From a virus: 64,000 bases of DNA. The stretch lies in IMG/VR virus record IMGVR_UViG_3300033145_000668, positions 1-64,000 of that record; one strand, 5' to 3'. Below, piece after piece: positions 1 through 7,145 of this stretch; the first letter of the stretch is position 1; each line of letters begins with the position of its first letter. The notes under the pieces are model-generated. The model searched no databases, was not told the DNA's origin, and worked only from the letters and a program-made list of their open reading frames with translations. The position numbers and the translations under genes are program-made.

Positions 1-49
1 GTGCTCGACTCTTAATCGAGACATCTGGGTGAGAATCCCAGTGAGTCCA
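1..49 (+). tRNA. tRNA-Lys(CTT), 5'-truncated by window edge
   Basis: Anticodon arm ctcga-CT CTT AA-tcgag; T arm ctggg-TGAGAAT-cccag. Confidence 0.8.
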
Positions 50-57
50 TTTAATAT

Positions 58-129
58 GCCGCCATAGCTCAGTGATAGAGCAACTGCCTTGTAAGCAGTA
101 GGTCGAGGGTTTGAATCCCTCTGGCTGCT
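58..129 (+). tRNA. tRNA-Thr(TGT)
   Basis: Cloverleaf; actgc-CT TGT AA-gcagt; acceptor gccgcca/tggctgc with one mismatch. Confidence 0.9.
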
Positions 130-134
130 TTTAT

Positions 135-205
135 GGAGTATTAGTCTAGTGGTAGGACTCGTGGTTTGGGACCACGGAGCGGGTGTTCGATTCATCCATA
201 CCCCA
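135..205 (+). tRNA. tRNA-Pro(TGG)
   Basis: cgtgg-TT TGG GA-ccacg; T loop TTCGATT; acceptor with A3.C70 mismatch. Confidence 0.88.
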
Positions 206-210
206 TTTAT

Positions 211-291
211 GCCTCCGTCGCATAATGGTTAGTGCACCGAGCTTGAGACTCGGGAGTTTATCTCATCTCCGTTCAATTCGGAGCGGGGGCG
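211..291 (+). tRNA. tRNA-Ser(TGA)
   Basis: ccgag-CT TGA GA-ctcgg; long variable arm; G73; 5' GCC. Confidence 0.9.
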
Positions 292-294
292 TAT

Positions 295-375
295 GCCACG
301 TTGCCGGAGCGGTTAACGGAGCAGTTTGCTAAACTGTGCCCTTGTGGTTCAGAGGTTCGAATCCTCTACGTGGCG
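295..375 (+). tRNA. tRNA-Ser(GCT)
   Basis: gcagt-TT GCT AA-actgt; long variable arm; perfect acceptor gccacgt/acgtggc; G73. Confidence 0.92.
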
Positions 376-377
376 TT

Positions 378-456
378 AGATGTAGATTATGATGTTGACA
401 TAATATCGGAACTTAGTTATGTTAAAATGTCGTTCCTGAAAAAATAATCTATGTCT
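378..456 (+). ncRNA. Candidate structured ncRNA (three-way junction with complementary loops) inside tRNA array
   Basis: 13-bp closing stem 378-390/444-456, hairpins 391-407 and 408-436, loop GACAT complementary to ATGTC. Confidence 0.5.
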
Positions 457-463
457 TTATAAT

Positions 464-535
464 GTTGGTTGTAGCATATTGGTAATGCGTGCGGTTGTGA
501 TCTGTGAGAAGAGAGTTCGATTCTCTCCTTCCAAT
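464..535 (+). tRNA. tRNA-His(GTG), weakly paired, possibly degenerate
   Basis: tgcgg-TT GTG AT-ctgtg; canonical D and T arms; encoded G-1; two U.U mismatches in acceptor. Confidence 0.72.
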
Positions 536-565
536 CTTTAAATAAAATATTTAGGAAATATTTAA

Positions 566-641
566 TGGGATGTAGCTCAGTCTGTTCAGAGCGCTGGTCT
601 GATACGCCAGAGGTTCGCAGGTTAGAATCCTGTCATCCCAA
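566..641 (+). tRNA. tRNA-Ile(GAT)
   Basis: ctggt-CT GAT AC-gccag; acceptor tgggatg/catccca. Confidence 0.88.
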
Positions 642-646
642 TTTAA

Positions 647-719
647 TGGCTTGTAGCATAGTGTTTAATGCACCCGTCTTATGAGCGGGAGACCGTGGGT
701 TAAAATCCTACCAAGCCAA
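647..719 (+). tRNA. tRNA-Ile(TAT)
   Basis: cccgt-CT TAT GA-gcggg; acceptor tggcttg/caagcca. Confidence 0.85.
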
Positions 720-728
720 TATTAAAAA

Positions 729-1244
729 ATGAAATGTAAAAAATGTAAAAAAGAACACGATGGAACTTTTGGTTCCGGAAAATTTTGTAGTCGTAGTTGT
801 GCTAATAGTAGAACTAGAAATAAATCATATAAAAATAAAATGAGTAAAATAATGAAAAATGTAAAACCTAAAAAAAGAATTAAAATAAAATTTAGTAAAG
901 AAAGAATAGAAATCCATAAAAAAGGAATACAAAAATATCATAAAAATAAAGAAGAACTAATTAAGAAAACATTATATTTTAATGATTGGCCATCTGAATC
1001 AATGAAAATTAGAGAATTCAAAAAAGAAAAAGGAAATAAATGTGAAGTATGTGGATTTGAATATTCAAATAAAGATGGAAAAGGTCCATTTGAAGTTCAT
1101 CATAAAGACGGAAATAATAAAAATAATAACTATGAAAATCTACAAATGATATGTTTAATTTGTCATTGGAAAACTGATAATTATAGATTTAGAGGAAGAA
1201 GCAATAAAAAATTAAAGACCTGTGGTGCACTGGATAGCACATGA
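729..1244 (+). CDS. HNH homing endonuclease with N-terminal zinc finger
   Basis: CEVCG...EVHHKDGNNKNN..ENL..ICLICH HNH motif; N-terminal CKKC..FCSRSC. Confidence 0.88.
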   Translation: MKCKKCKKEHDGTFGSGKFCSRSCANSRTRNKSYKNKMSKIMKNVKPKKRIKIKFSKERIEIHKKGIQKYHKNKEELIKKTLYFNDWPSESMKIREFKKEKGNKCEVCGFEYSNKDGKGPFEVHHKDGNNKNNNYENLQMICLICHWKTDNYRFRGRSNKKLKTCGALDST

Positions 1245-1287
1245 CTCTTCTAAAGTCGAGAAGTGGGTTCGATTCCCTCCAGGTCTG
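1216..1287 (+). tRNA. tRNA-Arg(TCT)
   Basis: tgact-CT TCT AA-agtcg; acceptor agacctg/caggtct; A20. Confidence 0.88.
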
Positions 1288-1292
1288 TTCAT

Positions 1293-1367
1293 GGCTCCGT
1301 AGTTCAGTCTGCGCAGAACACTTGCCTTTTAAGCAAGATGTCGGGGGTTCGAATCCCTCCGGGGTCA
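1293..1367 (+). tRNA. tRNA-Lys(TTT)
   Basis: cttgc-CT TTT AA-gcaag; T loop TTCGAAT. Confidence 0.9.
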
Positions 1368-1370
1368 TAA

Positions 1371-1445
1371 GGTTCCATAGCTCAGCCTGTTCAGAGCATC
1401 CGGTTTTTACCCGGAGTGTCGGGGATTAGAATTCCTCTGGGACCA
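1371..1445 (+). tRNA. tRNA-Lys(TTT), second copy with variant loop
   Basis: tccgg-TT TTT AC-ccgga; acceptor ggttcca/tgggacc. Confidence 0.82.
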
Positions 1446-1448
1446 TAA

Positions 1449-1520
1449 GGAACATCAGTATAGTGGGCATTACATCCGACTGAAGCTCGGAAGAGGGAAG
1501 TCCGATTCTTCCATGTTCCA
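1449..1520 (+). tRNA. tRNA-Phe(GAA)
   Basis: tccga-CT GAA GC-tcgga; acceptor ggaacat/atgttcc. Confidence 0.87.
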
Positions 1521-1523
1521 TAA

Positions 1524-1595
1524 GTGCCTATAGTTCACTGAATAGAACGCAAGGTTTCGACCCTTGAGAATTTGGTTTAATTCCAAATAGGCATG
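1524..1595 (+). tRNA. tRNA-Arg(TCG)
   Basis: caagg-TT TCG AC-ccttg; acceptor gtgccta/taggcat. Confidence 0.87.
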
Positions 1596-1598
1596 TAG

Positions 1599-1672
1599 AG
1601 GGCTATAGTACAGCAGGACAAGTACGCTGGGTTTTGGACCCAGAAACCTCCGTTCGAATCGGAGTAGCCCTA
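1599..1672 (+). tRNA. tRNA-Gln(TTG)
   Basis: ctggg-TT TTG GA-cccag; acceptor agggcta/tagccct (A1:U72). Confidence 0.92.
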
Positions 1673-1675
1673 TAC

Positions 1676-1748
1676 GAGCGATTGGTGTAATGGTTTAGCA
1701 CGACAGTTTTACATGCTGTAGACATGAGTTTGATTCTCTTATCGCTCA
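1676..1748 (+). tRNA. tRNA-Val(TAC)
   Basis: acagt-TT TAC AT-gctgt; acceptor gagcgat/atcgctc. Confidence 0.87.
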
Positions 1749-1752
1749 TTCA

Positions 1753-1825
1753 GGGAATATAGTATAATGGCCTAGTCCGTTCGGTTCCAACCCGAGAAGT
1801 CTCAGTTCGATTCTGGGTATTCCCA
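1753..1825 (+). tRNA. tRNA-Trp(CCA)
   Basis: ttcgg-TT CCA AC-ccgag; acceptor gggaata/tattccc. Confidence 0.87.
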
Positions 1826-1865
1826 TCAATAATTTTAAATAAAATTAATAATTATATATACTTTA

Positions 1866-1898
1866 TTATATATAATTTACTATAAATATGTTTATAAA
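1866..1898 (+). promoter_or_regulatory. Archaeal-type TATA promoter (TAAATATG-TTTATAAA class)
   Basis: TTTATAAA at 1891-1898; 30/33 nt identical to 7795-7827. Confidence 0.6.
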
Positions 1899-1926
1899 GA
1901 ATATAATTATTAATTATATGTAAAGA

Positions 1927-1984
1927 AAGATACACCCAGCAATCAAAACAATTTATTACTGTAAATAATAACCAAACGTATCTT
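1927..1984 (+). ncRNA. Leader RNA element with tRNA-Tyr-like anticodon stem-loop
   Basis: Closing stem aagatac/gtatctt; internal ttatta-CTGTAAA-taataa hairpin; 20 nt before the TROVE-like ATG. Confidence 0.55.
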
Positions 1985-2004
1985 GACTTACACTATAAAA
2001 GAAA

Positions 2005-3537
2005 ATGACATGGACAAACGATTTAATAAAAAAAGAAGTAATTGTTTCAAGCGAAAAGAAATCCCAAGACCAAGGAACTTCTAATAATTCTTTATGGAAT
2101 GCAATGAAAGACGAAACTAATTATACTAAAACTGAAAATAATGCTGACACATTAAAATCAACTCAATCTAAAGTATTAGATTTATTCTCAATGGGTGGAG
2201 CGTTAAGAAAAAGAGATAATGAAGAAGTTAAAAAAATGATTTCATTAGCGCTTGCTGAAGATTTTAATTTAGGTTTAAAATGCTTATTCTATTTAAGAGA
2301 CGTTAGAGGTGGACAAGGAGAAAGAAAAACATTTAGAACTGGATTAAAAGTTTTATCAGATTATTACCCAACAGAAACAAAAAAGATACTCGAATTAATT
2401 CCAGAATATGGAAGATGGGATGATATATTATCTTTAGAAGGAATAGATATTAGAGATTTTTTATTACATAAATTATTAGATGATTGTTCAACAAGCAAGC
2501 CGTCGTTATTAGCAAAATGGTTACCGTCTGAAAATACTTCATCTAAAAAAACTAAGATGGTAGCAAGAGCATTAAGAAAATATTTAGGATTTAGTTCTAT
2601 AAAATATAGAAAAATGTTAAGTTCTGTTAGACATAATTTAAAATTAGTAGAATCTAAAATGTCTCAAAATAAATGGGGATTTATAAATTATTCTTCAGTT
2701 CCATCTAAAGCTAATTTAAAATATAAAGATGCTTTTATAAAACATGATACGGAAAGATATGCTAAATTTTTAGAAGCAGTAGATAAAGGAGAAGCAAAAA
2801 TAAATACTTCTACTATATTTCCTTATGAAATTGTTAAAAAAGCAAGAGAAGACAATAATCAAACATTAGAAGTATTATGGAAAAACTTACCTAATTATGT
2901 AAGAGAAGATGATAAAGGTATTGTAGTTGCAGATGTTTCTGGAAGTATGTATGGAATGCCAATGGATGTTTCAGTAAGTTTAGCAATGTATTTTGCAGAA
3001 AGAAATGTCGGACCTTTTGCAAATAAGTTTATAACTTTTTCAGGAAACCCATCTTTACAAGATATTACTGGAATTACTTTAAAGCAAAAAATTAACAATT
3101 TAGAAAGAGCCCACTGGCAAATGAATACTGATTTACAAGCAGTATTCGATTTAGTATTAAATACTGCTAAACAAAATAATGTACCACAAGAAGATTTACC
3201 AAAAACTATTTATATAGTTTCAGATATGGAATTTGATGAAGCTAATGGTGGCGCTGGGGGATTTAGAACTGTAGCTAATCCAAGATTAACTAATTTTGAA
3301 GCTATAAAACAAAAATATGCAAGTGCTGGATATGAAATGCCTACATTAGTATTTTGGAATGTAGATTCGAGAAATAATAATGTTCCGGTAAAACAAAATG
3401 AAGACGGTGTAATTTTAGTTAGCGGATGTTCTCCTTCTATTTTTAAAATGGTAATGGAAAAAACAACACCATATAAATTTATGTTGAACGCGTTGAACGG
3501 TGAACGATATAAGTTGGTAGATGAGAAGTTAAAATGA
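2005..3537 (+). CDS. DUF2828 / TROVE (Ro60-like) protein with C-terminal vWA domain
   Basis: TEN..., RDVRGGQGER, YGRWDD, AKWLPSE motifs; MIDAS DVSGSM; SDMEFD; VFWNV. Confidence 0.88.
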   Translation: MTWTNDLIKKEVIVSSEKKSQDQGTSNNSLWNAMKDETNYTKTENNADTLKSTQSKVLDLFSMGGALRKRDNEEVKKMISLALAEDFNLGLKCLFYLRDVRGGQGERKTFRTGLKVLSDYYPTETKKILELIPEYGRWDDILSLEGIDIRDFLLHKLLDDCSTSKPSLLAKWLPSENTSSKKTKMVARALRKYLGFSSIKYRKMLSSVRHNLKLVESKMSQNKWGFINYSSVPSKANLKYKDAFIKHDTERYAKFLEAVDKGEAKINTSTIFPYEIVKKAREDNNQTLEVLWKNLPNYVREDDKGIVVADVSGSMYGMPMDVSVSLAMYFAERNVGPFANKFITFSGNPSLQDITGITLKQKINNLERAHWQMNTDLQAVFDLVLNTAKQNNVPQEDLPKTIYIVSDMEFDEANGGAGGFRTVANPRLTNFEAIKQKYASAGYEMPTLVFWNVDSRNNNVPVKQNEDGVILVSGCSPSIFKMVMEKTTPYKFMLNALNGERYKLVDEKLK

Positions 3538-3686
3538 ATAATAAATGTAAATTAAAAGATTTAGTTGATGATTTAGTAGAAGTGTTTGATGTAACTGAAA
3601 TAACAATGGATAATTCTGGCATAGGAATGGTAATTGTAGATGCTTTAAGAGAAAAAGGAGTTAAAGTAACTGAAAAAAGAAAATGA
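3534..3686 (+). CDS. 50-aa ORF resembling a terminase nuclease-domain fragment
   Basis: ATGA overlap with upstream stop; MNNKCKLKDLVDDLVEVFDVTEITMDNSGIGMVIVDALREKGVKVTEKRK. Confidence 0.55.
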   Translation: MNNKCKLKDLVDDLVEVFDVTEITMDNSGIGMVIVDALREKGVKVTEKRK

Positions 3687-3742
3687 ATAACGAGGTATAT
3701 AATTTAAGGACACTATAAAGGATATAGTATTAAAAAAAATTA

Positions 3743-4021
3743 ATGATTAAAAAGAAAAAAGAAATTACTTCTGAACAAATAATTAAAAGGGTTCAAAAAC
3801 TTTTTGATGAATATAATATTTCCGGTGTATTGAAAATACCTAATGTAGATATAATGTCTAATTTTAGAAGTCATGCAGATAAATTAGAAATTATAGAATT
3901 TGTAGATATAGAACAAAAAATATCTGTCGAATTACTTAAAAAAGAAATTGAAACTTCTGTAGTTGATGAATTTAATTCTAAAAATAAAATACAGCGTTAT
4001 ATACCGGAGTATGTGAAATGA
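3743..4021 (+). CDS. hypothetical protein
   Basis: 92-aa ORF in co-oriented gene run. Confidence 0.65.
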   Translation: MIKKKKEITSEQIIKRVQKLFDEYNISGVLKIPNVDIMSNFRSHADKLEIIEFVDIEQKISVELLKKEIETSVVDEFNSKNKIQRYIPEYVK

Positions 4022-4151
4022 AAAAGAAAAATAAATTAGAAAGTTATGGAATCAGTCTGGCCGAATATTTAACAATACATTATCCGGAAATACTAGATGA
4101 ATATTATAAAAAATATAATATTAATGAACTACACATAACAGAATAATACAT

Positions 4152-4337
4152 ATGGGAAGAAAAAAAGTTGACAACAAAAACAAGAATGTTTCTATCAGTT
4201 TAACTATACATCAAGCAGAGTATGTTAAAAAAAATAAAGATTTTGATTTATCTAAATTTGTACAATTGTGTTTACAAAATCATATAGATTTAGATGATGA
4301 TATATTACACGCAAAAGTAGAAGGAGGTAAAAAATAA
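4152..4337 (+). CDS. ribbon-helix-helix-like DNA-binding protein
   Basis: MGRKK...VSISLT...LSKFVQ strand-helix-helix pattern. Confidence 0.55.
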   Translation: MGRKKVDNKNKNVSISLTIHQAEYVKKNKDFDLSKFVQLCLQNHIDLDDDILHAKVEGGKK

Positions 4338-4619
4338 ATGGCAAAACGACAATTAAATGAAGATGAAAAAAGAATTATTTCTAAAAGCTTATTAAGTATA
4401 AATAAAGAACTAGAATATAAAGAACGAGTTGAATTAGCAAGAAAAAAATTCAATCTAGAGGTTGCTGATTTAGAAGTAGAAAAACAAAAGAATGCAATAA
4501 AAGCTGAAATAAAACTTTTAGAAAGAGAAATTGCTGAATATAAAAGAGCAATTGAAGAATTAGAACAACAAATTAAATACGGTGTTGAAATTAAAACAAT
4601 TTCAAAAGATACTCAGTAG
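4338..4619 (+). CDS. coiled-coil hypothetical protein
   Basis: AGGAGGT SD upstream; E/K/L heptads. Confidence 0.7.
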   Translation: MAKRQLNEDEKRIISKSLLSINKELEYKERVELARKKFNLEVADLEVEKQKNAIKAEIKLLEREIAEYKRAIEELEQQIKYGVEIKTISKDTQ

Positions 4620-4698
4620 AAAAATATGAAGAAAACATTAAAATGCACATTCTTACGAATAGAAGATAAATATAATTTGAAAGGAGGTAAAAAATAAA

Positions 4699-5295
4699 AT
4701 GGGAGAATATAATTTTTTTCGTCCTCTTTCTAATGAAGAACAAGTAGATACGGTTGCAATAGGTTCTACAGATATATTATCTACTTTTTTAAAAAAGTTA
4801 GCTGATGTACAAACAGAATTTAATAAAAAACTAAGACCGTTTGATGCATACGGTGCAAAGATTGATTTTGAGCACAAAGTTAGAAATAAGATAAATGATA
4901 TATCAACAAATTTAGATAGAGAAGGTATTAGTAGAACAATTGATTTTGGCGACTTAGAGGCATACGGAAATACAGATAGATTCGAATTCATAGAAAGAGC
5001 TGAACAACAAGTTACAAAATTAGTAGCAGGAACTATAAATAATGTTTCTATTGGATATAGATATAAGTTTAAATGTATAGCAAAAGGAAACAGAATATCT
5101 ATTTATGTTGAAAATAGTAAAATAGATGAATTCGAAAAATGGTTAAACGAAGAATTTTTGAAGGATGATAAGCTTGTTAAAAAAGCACCTACACCGGATG
5201 AACCAATGTCGTTAGATGACGTGGAACAAAAAGGTTCAGCAAAGTCTGAAGTGGTAAAGGAAACTAAAAAAACAAATACAAAAAAAGTTAAGTAA
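4699..5295 (+). CDS. hypothetical protein
   Basis: AGGAGGT SD upstream; 198 aa. Confidence 0.75.
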   Translation: MGEYNFFRPLSNEEQVDTVAIGSTDILSTFLKKLADVQTEFNKKLRPFDAYGAKIDFEHKVRNKINDISTNLDREGISRTIDFGDLEAYGNTDRFEFIERAEQQVTKLVAGTINNVSIGYRYKFKCIAKGNRISIYVENSKIDEFEKWLNEEFLKDDKLVKKAPTPDEPMSLDDVEQKGSAKSEVVKETKKTNTKKVK

Positions 5296-5343
5296 GTAAT
5301 TAATTTAACTTAGTATTATTTTATTTTATTATTATATTATAAA

Positions 5344-5679
5344 ATGGGGACAGAAAAAATAGAAGAAACAATAGAAGACGAAATTATATTAAAGAAAGGA
5401 GACGATGAAGTAGTTCTAACTGAAACAAGAATACGAAATCTAACATCTAAGTTTATAGAGTTGTGTGCAGGCCAAGCAGACGACTATCAAGATTTTGGTA
5501 TGAATACTAAAGTCGTAGAACTATTAATTGATATTAAGAAAGCTTACTATCCGGCCACACAGCGAAATATAAATCTTAATGTTAAAGACTTTGATGAAAA
5601 ATTACAAAAATGGAAAGCTGCTAGAGATGAGATGAAGCTAGCGCAAAGCGAAGGATTAACGGTAATGGAGGTAAAATAA
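5344..5679 (+). CDS. hypothetical protein, possible terminase small subunit
   Basis: Helical 111-aa protein upstream of TerL; function inferred from position only. Confidence 0.5.
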   Translation: MGTEKIEETIEDEIILKKGDDEVVLTETRIRNLTSKFIELCAGQADDYQDFGMNTKVVELLIDIKKAYYPATQRNINLNVKDFDEKLQKWKAARDEMKLAQSEGLTVMEVK

Positions 5680-5685
5680 CATAAA

Positions 5686-6357
5686 ATGACGAGCGGTGTA
5701 TATGAAAGAACTGAAGAGAACAAAACAAACATTAGTAAAGGAAGAAAAAAAATATTTAAACGCGGTTATATAAATCCGTTTAAAAATAAATCACATTCTG
5801 CCGAGTCAAAAAACAGAATGAGTAAAAGTAGAAAAAAACTATTTGAGTGTGGATATATACATCCAATGAAAGGTAAACATATTTCTGAATCTCATAAAAA
5901 AAGTGTAAGTAAAAAACAAAAAGAAAACCCTTCTAGATATTGGAAAAACAAAAAAAGAAAACCATTTTCTGATGAATGGAAAAAAAATATCAGTAAAATC
6001 AGAAAAGGAAAAACTTATATGGAAATATATGGAGAAAAGCGAACAAAAGAAATTAAAGAACTTAAAAGAAATATCAGACTAAAACAAATTAAAGAAAATA
6101 ATAGTAGTTTACAAATAGGTAAACACGAACAACAAATTTTAGATGAACTAGAACTATCTAATAATATAAAAATAATTAGACAATATACGACGTGTGGTTA
6201 TATCGTTGATGGATATATTGACGAATTAAACTTATGTATTGAAGTCGATGAGAATTTTCATAAATATCAACAAGAAAAAGATAAAATCAGAGAAAATAAT
6301 ATTAAAGAAGAGTTAAAATGTAAATTTTTGAGAATAAAAGACACATATGATTTCTAA
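5686..6357 (+). CDS. Homing endonuclease, NUMOD3-like repeats + DUF559/Vsr-like nuclease
   Basis: HSAESKNRMS and GKHISESHKK repeats; VDGY..ELNLCIEVDE..H..D..RE. Confidence 0.8.
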   Translation: MTSGVYERTEENKTNISKGRKKIFKRGYINPFKNKSHSAESKNRMSKSRKKLFECGYIHPMKGKHISESHKKSVSKKQKENPSRYWKNKKRKPFSDEWKKNISKIRKGKTYMEIYGEKRTKEIKELKRNIRLKQIKENNSSLQIGKHEQQILDELELSNNIKIIRQYTTCGYIVDGYIDELNLCIEVDENFHKYQQEKDKIRENNIKEELKCKFLRIKDTYDF

Positions 6358-7144
6358 TAAATTACCGTCAATAACATTAGAACAGTTAAAAAGCGACGGA
6401 GAACTTTTAAATGATTTTGTATCATTTTTTTTCGGATTTGATTTATACAAATATCAAACTAGATTCTTGCTTGCATGTTTAAACCACACAAGAATAGCTG
6501 GGCTTTGGTGTAGACAGTCGGGTAAGAGTCAAACGGTTGCAATTTTTTGTGTATTGGTTGCTATGTTTGATAAAAAGGATATTATTATTGCAGCGCCAAC
6601 TGACACACAGGCGAGATTAATATATGCAAAAGTAACGGAACTTATAGAACAAAACACAGATTTAAAAGTTTTAGTAGTTAGTTCAATTCAAGAAGAAACT
6701 AAATTTAAAACTGGAAGCACTGTTAAAATGATTACTGTTGGACCTTTTGGAACAACTAAAAGAGGACACACTTGTGATATTTTAATCGAAGAAGAATCGC
6801 AAGACATAAAAGATGAAATTCATAATAGTGTTTTAATGCCGTTCTTAGCTTCAAAAAAATCAGAAGGAAAGGTTATTAAAATTGGAACGGCAAAAAAGAG
6901 AGGACACTTTTGTGTTAGTTGTTTTGAGGATAAAAACTTTGAGTTGTTTAAAGTTAAATGGGAAGAAGTTGTTGAGGCTGGACAATATTCTATTGATTTT
7001 ATTGAAGAACAGCGACTTACATTAACTGATTTTGAGTTTGATGCTGAGTATTGTTCGAAATTCATTGATGATGTAAATGCATACTTTCCAATTGATTTAA
7101 TTGAATCTTGTATGCTCGAGTACAACTGCATTAGAATATTATAA
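6347..7144 (+). CDS. terL: Terminase large subunit, ATPase half
   Basis: YQ adenine motif, Walker A CRQSGKS, APT..QA, RG, Walker B ILIEEE, coupling motif IGT. Confidence 0.88.
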   Translation: MISNKLPSITLEQLKSDGELLNDFVSFFFGFDLYKYQTRFLLACLNHTRIAGLWCRQSGKSQTVAIFCVLVAMFDKKDIIIAAPTDTQARLIYAKVTELIEQNTDLKVLVVSSIQEETKFKTGSTVKMITVGPFGTTKRGHTCDILIEEESQDIKDEIHNSVLMPFLASKKSEGKVIKIGTAKKRGHFCVSCFEDKNFELFKVKWEEVVEAGQYSIDFIEEQRLTLTDFEFDAEYCSKFIDDVNAYFPIDLIESCMLEYNCIRIL

Positions 7145-7145
7145 A

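Noticed and set aside
211-291. Possible suppressor or selenocysteine tRNA
   Set aside because: Anticodon TGA reads UCA (Ser); a suppressor would need TCA, CTA or TTA.
378-456. Hammerhead, theta/HDV ribozyme or purine riboswitch
   Set aside because: No CUGANGA/GAAA core, helix order does not fit HDV, and no purine-riboswitch junction consensus; kept only as an unknown RNA.
1241-1429. 62-aa ORF
   Set aside because: Lies entirely over three tRNA genes; spurious.
1371-1445. Reading as tRNA-Val(TAC)
   Set aside because: The 5-bp stem fixes the loop TTTTTAC, whose central triplet is TTT.
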